Source: Chamberlinius hualienensis (taxonomy: Eukaryota). Taken from it: 64,000 bases of DNA. Positions 25,401 to 38,382 of this stretch are shown here, one piece after another. Both the position numbers and the translations under genes were made by a program. Within the stretch, counting starts at the first letter, position 1. The number at the start of each line of letters is the position of its first letter. The stretch lies in assembly GCA_054772095.1 (NCBI GenBank), contig BAAGAE010000033.1:4128326-4192325 (forward strand), read 5' to 3'. Below the pieces are notes generated by a model, which was not told the DNA's origin, did not search any database, and saw only the letters and a program-made list of their open reading frames with translations.

Positions 25401-27093
25401 GGTACCACTGTATATAGTATGCTGGTTAAGTTCTAAACTAAACTTAATGTAAATCGTTTTTTGTCCATCTGAACTACCGAAAAGTCTCTTTCGCGTATTA
25501 ATTTGTATCATCGATGTTAAAGCTATTAGATACAGTAATACAATAAGCATGTTTCGATGTCATGACTGATCTACATTACCACGTACTCAATGCGAGCATT
25601 AATGGTATACATTGTCTAATATGGCAGCCCTGGTTAATAAATTATAATGTCAATTGTTATAATGCAGTTTACGAAACGTACATACAAACGTTTTCGTTCA
25701 GATAATTACACAAAATGGTATCTGCAAGTTAACTGTGAACATAAATAAAAACGCTTATGGCCATTTATTAAAGTAATCAAATCATAATTATAATAATGAA
25801 TAAATAAAAAAACGAATGCCATTCCTTTGCTTTGATTGCCTTTAAACCTTTTGTCCACAGATTTTCACAGCAATTACAATTTTAAACTGCAATTTAAACA
25901 GTCCCAATTCTCGATTATTCCCACCAAGTTCCTCACAAATCAGTTAGAGCTGTTACACCCAAATACATCATGAATTTCGTTTGAAAACAAAATAAAAATT
26001 ATAAGAAGCAATTAAAATGAGTTATACATAAATTAGATGATCATAAAGAATATGAAATGAATCAGACCGATTGATATTCGGGAATGCAACGGGATTCACA
26101 ATAAAAATGAAACGAATAGTTTACATGAGGTCAACAAAAAGGAGAACATTTACACGTACAAGTACAGGTATCGGTACAACCATATGTTTTGGTTATTTAC
26201 ACTGAATACTTAACAATAAGTGATGATAAACTATATTCTGTAGTTCTTTTTTAAACTATAGGCGGTAGTATAATTCTCGATCTCCCCCGTGAATCACGTC
26301 AGTTGAATGTACTTGCAAATTATTAATTCATAAAGCACAACACCTCACAAGCCAATGATGTAAAAAATCCAGTGATTTTTGTACAAAATATGTATTCATT
26401 CTTAAATTCGAATAAATGCTATCTGAAAAAATAATTTACACCTATAGTCTATAAATGTAATTTGAATTCATAAAGTAAATAAAGCCATAATTTCGTTGAC
26501 TACTAATATAATAAGCTAATATTTCTATATAATTGTTTCTTTTGTGGCAAAACGTTACAATCACAATACAGTATCAGGGGAGGATAAATACTGAACCTAG
26601 GAAAAAGTATTAGCAAATTGCAGTCACTTTTTCCCATTGATCTCACTAGGAGGTTTTTTCTTAGGCGTTCTAAACCAACCAAACTTCAAACGCATTTATT
26701 AAAAATATACCGTGCAATAAATCACAGTGAAAGGTTTCGACTATGGCAAATAATGTGAAACATAACGTCCTAATTCTGTACAAAAAAAAGCCATTTATTA
26801 GTCAATAGCAACGATTTAAATAATTCTATAGTGATTCAAGTTTACATCATTTGTAAATATTTAAAGTCGATCTATTTCGACATTAGATTAAACACTTTAA
26901 ATTTACCCTCGAAAAGTTTTTAAATATTGTCGGCAAAAACGCCATTAAATCAACCAAGAGTGCATGTATCGACTAGCACCCAGATGCCAAATAATAATTA
27001 TTCAGTAATACAGTATTGCATTACTTAAAAGTGCAGTATCCTTCCACAAGTAACATGTTCAACCAGAAAGCAGTTTTTATTTTAAAAACAACG

Positions 27094-29861
27094 CTATTGA
27101 GAAAAATTATTTTTTGAAGCGTTAAACAGCCTAATGTTTTCGGCGTTCCAGTACAAGTTGGAGGAGTTGTATACAAGTGACCAAACATATGGGATAAAGA
27201 ACTCTTCAGGTTGATCTTCTTCTACATACTTAAACTTTAAATCAGGGAATTTCTATAATAAAAATGCTACCGGTAATTGTGATGACCCACTAGAAAATAT
27301 GCCCAATTATTTACCATAAATCTGTCTCCAGGCCATTGCATCGAGCCTTCCTGAATAATTTGAAGCACATCATCTGCGGACAAATCTTTATTAGCAGCCT
27401 CCAGTTTGCTAGAGAAATAAGTGAGTACCTATACCGATAAAAATTGATCACACAAGAGAGCATAAAAAAGATTTTATTAAATGTCCACTAACTGTTTCAA
27501 TGTTTTGGATGATGTCCTGAAACGTCGGATGATTTCTGAACTGCTCAAAACACTCTCTCTTGTATAGAAGTGTATAAATAAGATGATTACTGTGAATCAG
27601 TTGATTACACAGACATGAATTAATTATTTCCAAAACCATTCGTAACACTTCCTCCAAAACAGCTAAATCTTGCAACTTAAAAAAAAAACAACAAATTGAT
27701 GCCAATTTTTAAATTGCACACTTAAAATGTACCAAGTCAGCAGCCAGATTTTCTTCGTCTGGATCTTGCGACTCAGTGGCAGTTTGCAGCTGTTCCATTG
27801 AACGATGGTGTCTCTTGGCCAAGCTTTCAAAAAGTCCAACTATCCTCTGAGCCACATAAACATGAAGATCTCGAAACTGGCTGGACATATTTGCTAATGC
27901 GGCCAAACAGTTGGTATGCAAATATTTATCCTTTAACCCAGGCGAATAAGATTATAAATCATTTAAAAGAAATTTTTAAAAATAAAATGTACCCGCATTC
28001 TAGTCATGTTAAACTGGATGGTTCTTATCACTACTAATATCAGAAGCCCACCTAGAGAGACTGACGAAAGACTTCGTTCTGTGTACCACGTGACTCCTTT
28101 TAAAACCTAAATAAGATTATATGACCATTTTGCTTTACCAAAAAAAAGTAATAAAAAATTTGCTACCATACCGATTGATGAACTGCCTTGTTAAATAATT
28201 CATCTTCTGAAAGAATCAATAATATTATAAGGGCCATATAAATGTGATGAGAATTGCGATCGTTAGCTTGATATAAAATTTTTAGTATTGGTACAACCTA
28301 TAAAAGAAATTGTATTTTTATACAAATATTAATATAAAAGCATGTTTGCAAATGCCAACCAACCAGCTCTTCTATATCGGCACGAGATAATATATATGTT
28401 CTGAAATGTTGATTACGATGTAATAGTAAATATAGCAGTAGAGTTGTTTGATCATCTTTCATTGTGCTGCATAATGTGGTAAAAACTTGGGAGTAATCAA
28501 TTTTAAATGTAGCCACCGCTTGCGTTGGACTACCACTACTCGAATCCTGCGAATTAGTAAACGAAAATAGTGCCTGTCGATAAGGGTTGTGGCAAGATTT
28601 TTCGTTTGTACAATGATTTGTTAAAACCAGAATCAACAAAAGGCTCTGATTGGCAAGTAGAGCGTCATCATGCTGCTCACTGTTGGGACGTCCTCTGTAA
28701 CCTAACGTCAATATACTCCATATTCCAGCTATAAATCAATAGCTTATTCATTAAATGATTTGAATTTCATATTTTAGGTTACGGCATTACAAGCAAGACC
28801 AAGCACAAAACTTCCACTTCCAGCATTTCTCTGAAAAGTTGGTGGGCATTTCAGCTGAAGAATATAATTATGAAGAAGCGTTTTCATCAGAAGGCACGCG
28901 TGAATTGCACTGCAAATCAATCGGAACAATTAAAAACTTAAAAAAATAACTAGCAAGTAACCCGCTACAATTTACCACTTTCCCATCATCATCGATTTAT
29001 AAATATGCGATTTGACAGCCAAACTTTGAGTGAACATGTGCACTGATAGCAACACTAATAAAGCGTTGATTGCTTCTAAATGGATAGCATAAGTAATTTC
29101 TCTAAAATAAAATAAATAAATGTTAATGGGTATATATTTGCATACATATTCGACCAAAGTCAAACATATTATTACACTACTGGGACGTCGACGAGCAGTT
29201 CCAATAAAGCATTCTGGAATAATTCCAACATTGATTCTGGTTCTTCAGTTACTTCTCCTACATTTTAAATGTAAACATCTCGACAGCAAAAAGATATTTG
29301 CAAAGTAATACCATCTTTGGAGGTTGAAGAAACTTGAAGCTGTTTAATAAAACTGTCTTCCGTAATGGTCTCTAAGAAAAATTTGCAAACACAACGCAAT
29401 ATGAAAAGAGCATTGTATGTCTGCCAGATGAAAACAGAGCTTAAAAATTGATATTTTATATTATTTTTAATAATCTCAGCAAAACTAAATTAACCAGTTA
29501 CTTGAAGCATTGAGTGGACGTCTTCAGCTCGCGAGCTCGAGTCAAAAATACTTTTAAAAGTGAAGCTACATTTCCTGTTTGTAAATTATTTGTGAGCAGA
29601 ATTTTGCATAAAGATAGGGTGCTCTCTTCTAATAAGCGATAATCAGCGCTGTTGGTGAAATGGATTTAACATGATACAATTAGATCATTTTAGAGCATAC
29701 GTTTTAATTTCACGGTACCTATTCTGTGGAGGGAGAAAACTAAATGACAACAGCTGGTTCCAAAAAGGGTCATTAAACGAAATAGCTTCTCGTCCAACAA
29801 ATCTTCTCAAATATTCATTATCCTTAAGTTCTCCTATACTTGTGCTACTGTTTGCACCCAT
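27094..29861 (-). CDS. DYM: Dymeclin (DYM) orthologue. It is a compact gene of about 10 or more exons. Mapped exons (minus strand, + coordinates): exon 1 29718..29861 ([42 protein letters not shown]...); an exon within 28972..29163; an exon within about 28366..28711 (...[13 protein letters not shown]...[10 protein letters not shown]...[28 protein letters not shown]); an exon within 27709..27921 ([19 protein letters not shown]...); exon A about 27450..27675 ([21 protein letters not shown]...[10 protein letters not shown]); exon B 27315..27407 ([31 protein letters not shown]); last exon 27094..27252 ([43 protein letters not shown]...*).
   Basis: Each exon translation matches vertebrate dymeclin segments, for example MGSNSSRIGDLPKNEYL...[28 protein letters not shown]...[49 protein letters not shown]...[26 protein letters not shown], and [30 protein letters not shown]. 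The N-terminal MG... fits an N-myristoylation start. A polyA signal (AATAAA on the minus strand) lies at about 27076-27081. Confidence 0.85.
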
Positions 29862-31558
29862 TTTTTTCACGGAAGTGTTCGAAGTGGTCCCAATAATGGT
29901 ATTGATGTTATGCCAACACCTACAAACAGATAACTTAATTGTAAAAAAAATATGATCAAGTTAATCTTTCTGTAAACTACGATTTTTTAAGATCATTTAT
30001 TCAAATCGAACTTAATGCAAACTTTCAGAGACTTACGAGTAATAAGACCGTGATTACGTTTACATTGACTAGTATTTAAACAAGTGAGACAGTACATTTA
30101 AATTCATATGCAACTTCAGCTTAAAGTATTCCACTTTTTTTTTTACACAGGTTTCACTTCTAAATATGGTTACGTCCAACATCAATGAGTGCCTAATCAC
30201 TGACGTCTTTAAGATCTTATGCCATATGAACTTAAAATGACTTGACATAGTTCTAAAAGTATTTTAAAGCAACTTACTAAAGTTGAGTGAAATGAAAATA
30301 CGCCATCATAAAATAGCATCATCACTTTTTACGTGCTGTTAACAGCAGATGGCGCTTCAGTCTTCACTAAGTTCACTGTTATAAATAGAATGGCAATAAG
30401 TATACGTCATACGTAAGCAACTTTACAGTACAATGAAATACAAATAACTTTTAAAGAACTATTTTTAATTTACAAAATAACTCATTTAATATTGTAGTTT
30501 TTTCTGAAATAAGATTTCCAAAAGTCGATTGTTACATTTCTCAATGGAAATGAAAATAAGCCGGCCCGCCTTTATTCTAATGATGACTGTCTTGTAAATC
30601 AATGTAGGCTAGATCTAAGGTCAAGGTGCCGACAGTGGCCACACAGCGGCTATTTTTTTAAAAATGGTAAACTGCTGTAAAATCTGTAATGGTATAAACA
30701 GAAAGTCAGGGACAGTTGAGATTGAGTATAGGAAAAGTTTATTTATCTCACTTTTGATGTGCGCCAGTGTTTTTCCTAATATATAAGAATACAAAAACGG
30801 GATGATTTTTTTAATAATGGCGGATGTCCCACTGTGGATAGGGTGGAGGAGTAGTTTATAGTGGACCACTGTTGTATACATAAAACTGTAGCGCAATTTC
30901 GCAATAAGATTTGGCGACAGAGACGTATTAAGTTTACGGCCCATTTTTTTTATTATTTAATACTCCAAAGTGCCGCCTTAGACAATGGTTGCACTGACTC
31001 ACCGCTAATGACTAATAATCAAATAAACTTTGTAAATAATCTCATTAAACGGGATCAATCACTACCTCAATTATTAATAGAAGGGCATCCTTCTAGCAAG
31101 GTTGCTTCTACAGTAGTTACAGTTACTAAAAGTAGATGGCATCGAAAAAAGCAAGGTTAAATAGTTAATGCAATCATAACCTTCTGGTGTACTACTGTAT
31201 ATGCTGTTGAACTATAATGTAACTTGAACATTTTGATTTCGGCGAACTTGGCAGTTATTTAAAACTTCATTTATTGAAAACTCATGGCAAACATTTTCGT
31301 CGAAATTTCTCAGTATTCATTATCTAAGCAAACATTTTAGCATTCTAACTATCATCATGATTTTGATTTTTAATCAAACTGCAACAAATATCAAATAAAA
31401 CAGTAAAAATTACGCCGAGAAATGTCGACACCTGCGAAACCATATGCAGATAAGTTGAGATTTTTCCAAATGCACTTTTCGTAAAATACGAACACTGAAC
31501 TTCACTGTGAACTACACGATATTCAGTACCAAAACAAAAAAAAACTATTTTCATTACA

Positions 31559-33987
31559 TTAGTAGTCTTTATCGTCCTCCTTTGCAGCCATAAAAAGTTT
31601 CTGAGTAGCAACTGTTACTGAATCTGAAACATCAAATTTGGGTTAATTGCAATTAATTCTATAAAGTTGAAAAAATAACTAAATTTGATTAGACTTGACA
31701 GTTTGAAATTGAAATTCAGCTACTTCAGACTACACGTTACAATTTGTGTAGTATTCGATATTAGCAGATTATCATTCAATATTTTTACTATTCTGATAAT
31801 GGCAATTATCTGCATTATTTATTGCAGACAAGAATAATCAAACTAAGATATGAATATAAAAAGTACCCAAAAATCTTAATAGTCCTGCTGGTTTATTCGT
31901 CCAATATATAAAAAGATAATAAGCTGGTACACCAGTTGCAATGATAGCCAACCCCATTCCTACTGTCAACGGTTCAGCATATAACGGCAAACAGATCAGA
32001 AATGCACAAATTATTAAAAATGTGATTGGCACCACCGTCATTACCTGCAACGAATACTTGGTTAAAAAATGTATACTTTTAAATAATTCATACAAACAAA
32101 CTTTAATTGGACGTTCTAAATTGGGTTTCTTCCATCGAAGATACAACAATCCGGCCACTGACACAGCAATAAAAAATGATTCGACAAAACTACTGTAATT
32201 AATCAGTACAATAATATCGCCAGTCACCAACATAAGTAATGACATGAGTCCCTAAAAATTAAAAAAAATTAAAAAAATATATATCAGACTAAACATGCAA
32301 GTTTATTGTATACTAAAAATATTAAAGCTGGAGTTGGAGTTAGCTTAGTCATGCTTATCATAGCAAGGCTGGAAGGAAAATGCCCTTGACGTGCTCCAAC
32401 AAAACAAATTCTAAAAGTAAACAAAACCGTTCAATTAATTTATTTTAATTAGTGGTACTGTACACCCAACATGGAGTGTAGCATAAATAATTGTAAAAAA
32501 AAACAATACTAATAGTTCCCTATTTTAACTAGCTATTTATAAGCCATAAACCTGATGTTTAATAAATTACCTGGCTGAAGTGAATATGTGGACCGTTAAG
32601 CCTCCTATTGTAGAACCAGCAACACAAACTGGAATAATCCACCATAAATATGACGGTAGCTTTTCACCAAACGTCTAAATAATAAAAAAGCAGCTAAATT
32701 TCAACATGTTTTAAAATTAAACCACCAAATATTACCACTGCTACAGCTGCAGAAGAAAGAACTTCATACGGAGATAATAGAGTAAAATAAGCTACGTTGG
32801 CCAAAATGTAAATACCCGTTATAATCGGCATAGAAATCCATATGGCACGAGGCAAATTTCTGTTAATCACTGATTAATGAAAACGTTGTCGTCAATTTAA
32901 AAAGTATTTAATATCGAAAATAATTACACGTAAGGATCTTTCATTTCTTCCGTGACAAAATTTAAGTAATTCCTGTTAGCAAGGATAAAAGAATATTTTT
33001 AGTTGTCATATCGATACCACATATACTGTATATAAACCAGGAACTTACCATCCTGTAAACGAAAATATTCCGGAATAAAAAGCCACTGATATGCTTCCAG
33101 GATCCGTGATTGTACCATGGAAGCTATTGTGAAAGTACTCAGTTTTTCCTATTCATCGTGCAGATAAAAAACGTTAAAATTTTTTATTATAACATTGCAT
33201 TTCTAAAAACCTTGTCCAATATAAACCATGCCAGCTATGATGATGAAACCCAACGCTACAATTTTGAAAATCATAAAGCCGTCTTGTAGTTTGGTAGTCC
33301 ACTTTACGTTATAGCAATTCAAAAACGTCAATAAACCTAAGTAATTAAAAATATGGTTATAGTAAACATCAAACGTTTAAACATTTACGGTAACAATACT
33401 TAAATTTTGAAATTTAAATGTACTTAAGTAATCGATAATTACAATTGAAACTTACAAATAACAATTGCTGCTATTAACCGCACTGCTTGATCAGGTGGTA
33501 AACAAGTTCCATAAAATGGCTGCAAAATGTAGTTAGCAAATGTCAAAGCCGTAATGGCGTTAGTGCAAGGTATAAACACCAAACTGGCCACCCAAAGATA
33601 AAGAAAAGCAGGTAATGCGCCAAAAGCTTCTAGGATGTAGACATAGTCTCCCCCAGATTTTGGAATTGTTGTTCCCAACTCAGCATAACATAGAGCTCCA
33701 AGGGTAGATAAAAGCCCACACAAAACCCAAATGATGAGAGATAATCCAACAGATCCAGCTGACTTAAGAACACCCTTAGGTGTGATGAAAATACCTGAGC
33801 CAACAATTATGCCCACAATAATTGCTACACCCTCCAACAAGCCAATCTCTTTTTTCATCCTGACAGAAGTTTCATTCTGATTTCCAGATTCTTTATTCCG
33901 CTTGTTTAAAGGTTCTATAACCGACAATTCGGTATCTGGTTCCATGATAGTCTTATTTGATATTGAATCTGAATAAATATAAAACAT
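31559..33987 (-). CDS. SLC7-family heteromeric amino-acid transporter light chain (LAT / y+LAT / b0,+AT-like), with about 12 or more exons. The start is at 33987 or 33945 (MEPDTEL...). The last exon is 31559..31623 (...[20 protein letters not shown]).
   Basis: Minus-strand ORFs carry several transporter signatures. ORF 33439-33987 has [88 protein letters not shown], the canonical SLC7 TM1-TM3 signature. ORF 31838-32245 has ...ELERPIKV / [22 protein letters not shown]...[11 protein letters not shown] 56-nt intron (donor aag|gtttgt, acceptor ttgcag|gta) interrupts that ORF at about 32050-32105. Additional exon-sized coding blocks at 32560-33320 were not individually mapped. Confidence 0.85.
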
Positions 33988-36900
33988 GTAACCATTCTTT
34001 TTTTTTTAAATTCATTACATGCACTTCGATGAAATTAGAATTATTGTATACAGTATATTACATTCTATCTGTATAGTTCAATAACCGACACCATTCGTGT
34101 GTCGAAATAGCTTTAAGTACTTATTTAAAGGAATTTTACAAATAAACAACTCCAAATGTTAATTTTATTTCATATACTAACAACCCCTAATTAATTACTA
34201 CAAGTGCATAGTCCACTGGAAACACATGTACCGTACTGCATTTTAAACACATTTAAGATTAAAGTTGAATATTTAAAGACACTTTTAAAAAATGATATCT
34301 TGCCCCTTTTTGATAGACAAGTCACATGCAATTCAATGTACACTAGCTATTACATACTCTACAGAAATCAAAAGTCAACTGAAACTTAGGAATTTACATA
34401 CTGCATTGCAATTAACTTCATATGGAAATTTTAATGAATGCTGTATGAGCTAAATAAAATATAGTCAAACTTTAGCCAAATTTATGAAAAAAATCTTCAT
34501 TCAAAATTCGCATTAAAAAAAAATCTGTTTTGGTCACAGTTCCAGAAGTTATAATACAGTATTAATACAGTACGTGTACTATAATATGCAACTTCTTTCA
34601 AGTACAAGTTCGGCAAGTCAATATTACAAAAATAAAAACTTAATAGCCATTTTCAGACTAAGGAAAATTAATTAAAAAATTTTAAACAATTATTTTTTTA
34701 TGTTTCAAAAAAGTGTTTAAGGACATGCAGCAAGCTCCCCCATCTTTTTTTTTCACCAAAGTAGCACTGCCAAAAGTTATGATAGTTTCAATGTATAGAT
34801 GATAAGTACAGTGTATTTAAATTCAAATTATACCAAAGATTAATGCCAATGAATGCACTACCTTTTCTAGTTAAAAGCATCAAATTATTTTTTTACGGGT
34901 TAAATAAAGTGACATGTCGCATGCGTACTGTATGCTGAACAATCAAATAAAAATAGAGCTAGAAAACCATATATTAACGTTTCCTTTAGAAAAACAGATG
35001 CTTGTAATAAAGTAGTAATTAACCGCAGTAAATTATACGCGGGGTTAAAACCATTTAGTAGTCCAATAAAATTTGAAATGCTACTCCTGCTGTGGAGTGT
35101 CATTGGAGTACGTCATGTACAGTATATCACGTGTTTTCGTACTAATAGGGGTTTTATATTAATGGTTCATAAAGTCCATAAAAAAAACTGATGTTTAAAC
35201 AAATCAAATGTACCGTCTTTTGTCAAATATTAATTAAATTGGATAGATATTGTAAGTATTTATCAATTGTGTAATATTTAAAAAATAATACTTGTAGAAA
35301 ACAAAAGTTGTAAGTGAAATGTTTAGCTAGACTATAACATTTTAGCATGACATAATATACAGTATTATTACTATTATGACAAAAATAACTTTCATTTATA
35401 CTAAATGTAACCAATAATTTAATATAAAACATTAATCGTTAATACTTTAAATTAATTATATGTGTAATAAATTCTGTTTCAAATAAGTAATGTATACAGA
35501 AGCAATTTGTACCTTGAAAAACACTTTAAAAAAAAGCAATGATATCTGAGATTTTGTCAAATTCGTGCGCTTAATACAAATCCACGTGTGAAACTTTTTC
35601 CAATAAAAAAAAAAACACTATTAAATTCACTTCACGTCGTATGATTTTAAGTTATTTTGGTGACACGTTATTTTTAAAACAGGTAATAAGGTCACAATCA
35701 TATACAGTATGGTATAAACCTGAACTATGCCGAAAATAGTAATAATTTTTTTTTTACCAAATTGCAAGTGTTGTCACAGCAGCCCGATGAAGTAGTTAGT
35801 CTTCTTAATAAAAATGCTTGTTAGTTTTAGTCTTTAGACGATGAATATATGATACTGTTTTCAAGTACAATTCATTGAAGGAAAACTATAGTATTTTAGA
35901 GTTCAACAGCGATTAAATTACATAGCTAATAACTTGATCTTCCTGATAAAGCGCGCCAACGGATGCTGAATTGTCACATGGCCTCCTACAGTGCAAATAG
36001 CGTCCACTGGGTCTTGAACATAGCCAGATGGGAGGTGCATCAAGAAAATGATGATGCAACTCTTGGCAACACTGCGCAAGCGTAAATGCGTAATTCAATA
36101 AATTCAATTGGTCAATTAGGTGAAGGTTACGAATTAAAAAGCAGCAACAAAGAAATGCAATTTTTAGATTTATTGGACGTGATCAGGCAGCTTTTTGTAA
36201 GCAATAAAGTTAATGCGTCAATATGAAAACAAATGTTAGTTTATACATTATGATCAGCATCTAAACGAACTAGAGGCTCTAGAGCCACATTTAATACTAT
36301 GCGAAATTAAACCACGTGCACGCAAATAGAGCTAATAAAATTGTAAGACTTCCATCTTCACACTCGCACTACAGTATGTGTCTCGCTTTTTGATGTTGGC
36401 ATTTAAACGTGCAAATATTTACTTTTAATTCAGTATCATTTCTTATCTTTATCCTACTGTACTACAGAATCAGCGCAGCTGTCGCCAGGCATTTTTCTAA
36501 GTTAAATAATAAAAATATAAGACATACCAATTGTAACTAATAAGCTGCCAAATAGACGCCTCTGGCTGCAATTCATGGAATACGGTTTCTGCGCACACTG
36601 TATTCTAGCATCGTATTTCTAACAATTAATGTAAAGTAAATTTGTAGATACTGCATATCCTTGCGAGCTGCCACAAAGACAGACGACTCACTTTTGAAAC
36701 AGTAACATTTCATTAAATAAAAATAGGCATTGGCATTGGCATTGTCACTGATTACACGTTTCAGAAGTGTAATGACCTTTGAAATTTTTTTAAATTTAGA
36801 AACGGGGTTGTGAACGCCAAATTGTACATGATTGTTGCTTAAAGCCTCAAACATCGATCGTTGTTTAACTGTAAACGACTGTATTGATGCTTTTTAAACA

Positions 36901-37271
36901 AATCATCGATAGTGCTTCAACGGCATACATATTACAAATAATAATAATACTTATTAGCATTCAATAATGACTAATTAGTAAAAATTTGAATTTTACCGCT
37001 GAATGTTATGACATCAGATTTTTACAATCCGTAGCTAAAAATAAAGTATACATGTACTGTTAATAAAGTAAACAGCTAATGTTTTTCAACATGTTTTTCC
37101 GCAACTTAAAAAAAATCAAAACCAATTGATTCAAATCAAAACCAGCCGTCGATAGTTTCCTTTAGCCATCGATGGTTTGCATCGAACAAATACTATCGAT
37201 GTTTAAACAACACTATCATGAAATGAATATGGCGTTATGAAGTATGACTATGAATTAAAGACATACTTTTA

Positions 37272-38382
37272 TTGTCAAATTATCTCATATACGTAGATGA
37301 CATGTTTCAGTTCCTAGGACAAACTTGTTTTAAACTTTTAGTTATTAGCTTAATTTTTGCAAACATTAGTTGTAAAAAATTTAAAGATGAAGAGAAACCA
37401 GTCTGGGCTAAGAAAGATATAAGAGATTACTCAGAAGCAGACTTGGAAAGGCTGCTTGATCAATGGGAGGTATTCAAAATTTGCTTAATCTCTTAACTGC
37501 CAATTTATACTATTGTAACTAAAGGAAGATGAAGAGCCCTTACCAGAAGATGAGTTACCAGAATATTTACGTAAACCAGCTCAAATTGATATGTCAAAAT
37601 TGGATTTTAGTGATCCAGAAACTGTTTTAAAAATGACAAAAAAGGGGAAAACATTAATGGTGTTTGTCACAGTTATTGGTAAGTACGATAAATTCTGTAC
37701 ATTAAATTGCTTGTGGTCAAGACTATTCATAATTAAGGCAAACCAACAAAAGCTGAATTGGAATCTGTTACGTCGTTATGGCAAACGAGTCTGAATAATA
37801 ATCACATCCAAGTTGAAAGGTACCAAATGCAGAGATTTTTCGGCTTGCCATTTGAAATCGATCTACCAATGAAAAGACGATTTTAATTTTTTTGTTAATT
37901 GTATAATAATAGGTACCTTATAGACGATCACCGAGCGATATTTATGTTTAAAGATGGTTCTCAAGCGTGGGATGCTAAAAATTTCTTGGTTGAACAAGAA
38001 GAATGTGACGAAGTTGTTATAGAAAATAAAACATACTATGGGAAAAATAGTGAAAAGGTTTGTTGTTTTTAAATAATGATCATTATGCAAAAAGTACCCG
38101 ATAAAAGGGTGGCTACCTTTGATAACTGACTAGTTCCCAAGATAGAAGTGCGGTTGAAATATTTTCGATTGGTAAAAATAAGTTTATAAAAATGTACAAT
38201 CAAATGATTGATTTGAAGATTACCTTTACGAAACTTTAAATGATTTGAGGAACTACAGGAGCTATGTTAACACTAGGTTCTTTTCATTCCTACCAAATTT
38301 AGCTTTTATAACTTTGACTTTATCTAAGTAGCCTTTTATTATTTTCCAGAATGAAACTTCCAAAAACAAAGAAGAATTGTGA
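37272..38382 (+). CDS. MESD: MESD / Boca (LRP5/6 chaperone) orthologue. CDS join(37272..37469, 37525..37678, 37738..37819, 37913..38057, 38350..38382), 203 aa, with signal peptide and C-terminal KEEL.
   Basis: The spliced product reads ...KKDIRDYSEADLERLLDQWE|EDEEPLPEDELPEYLRKPAQIDMSKLDFSDPETVLKMTKKGKTLMVFVTVIG|KPTKAELESVTSLWQTSLNNNHIQVER|YLIDDHRAIFMFKDGSQAWDAKNFLVEQEECDEVVIENKTYYGKNSEK|NETSKNKEEL*. Compare vertebrate MESD: KDIRDYNDADMARLLEQWEKDDD...ILKMTKKGKTLMMFVTV...SLWQGSLFNANYDVQRFIVGSDRAIFMLRDGSYAWEIKDFLV...REDL. All junctions are GT/AG and the phases are consistent. The total is 612 nt. Confidence 0.85.

Larger units (their letters stand above)
21500..25700. repeat. Large imperfect palindrome (foldback-like inverted duplication), about 2.0-kb arms, centre near 23540 with an almost absent spacer. 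It sits in the intergenic region 3' of dymeclin.
   Basis: Left-arm segments match the reverse complement of right-arm segments in three places: 21650-21915 with 25425-25690, 22200-22330 with 24600-24720, and 23220-23535 with 23545-23900. The innermost pair is gatggactttgacctt at 23447 against aaggtcaaagtccatc at 23625. Arm identity is about 92-94% in aligned blocks. There are arm-specific indels: about 250 bp present only on the left at 21940-22190, and about 660 bp present only on the right at 24740-25400. Confidence 0.85.

Noticed and set aside
21500-25700. Interpreting the palindrome as a pure assembly artefact (chimeric hairpin read).
   Set aside because: Artefactual palindromes are normally perfect. 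Here the arms differ by about 7% plus arm-private indels and a one-sided TE insertion, so a biological origin is more likely. Still, long-read confirmation is advised.
27798-28037. Plus-strand ORF and several minus ORFs within 27448-28711 read as independent small proteins.
   Set aside because: They are pieces of dymeclin exons, or their antisense, that the six-frame track cannot join across short introns.
31941-32198. Plus-strand 85-aa ORF inside the SLC7 transporter gene.
   Set aside because: It is antisense to a well-supported transporter exon (ELERPIKV.../...[10 protein letters not shown]), and its peptide has no homology.
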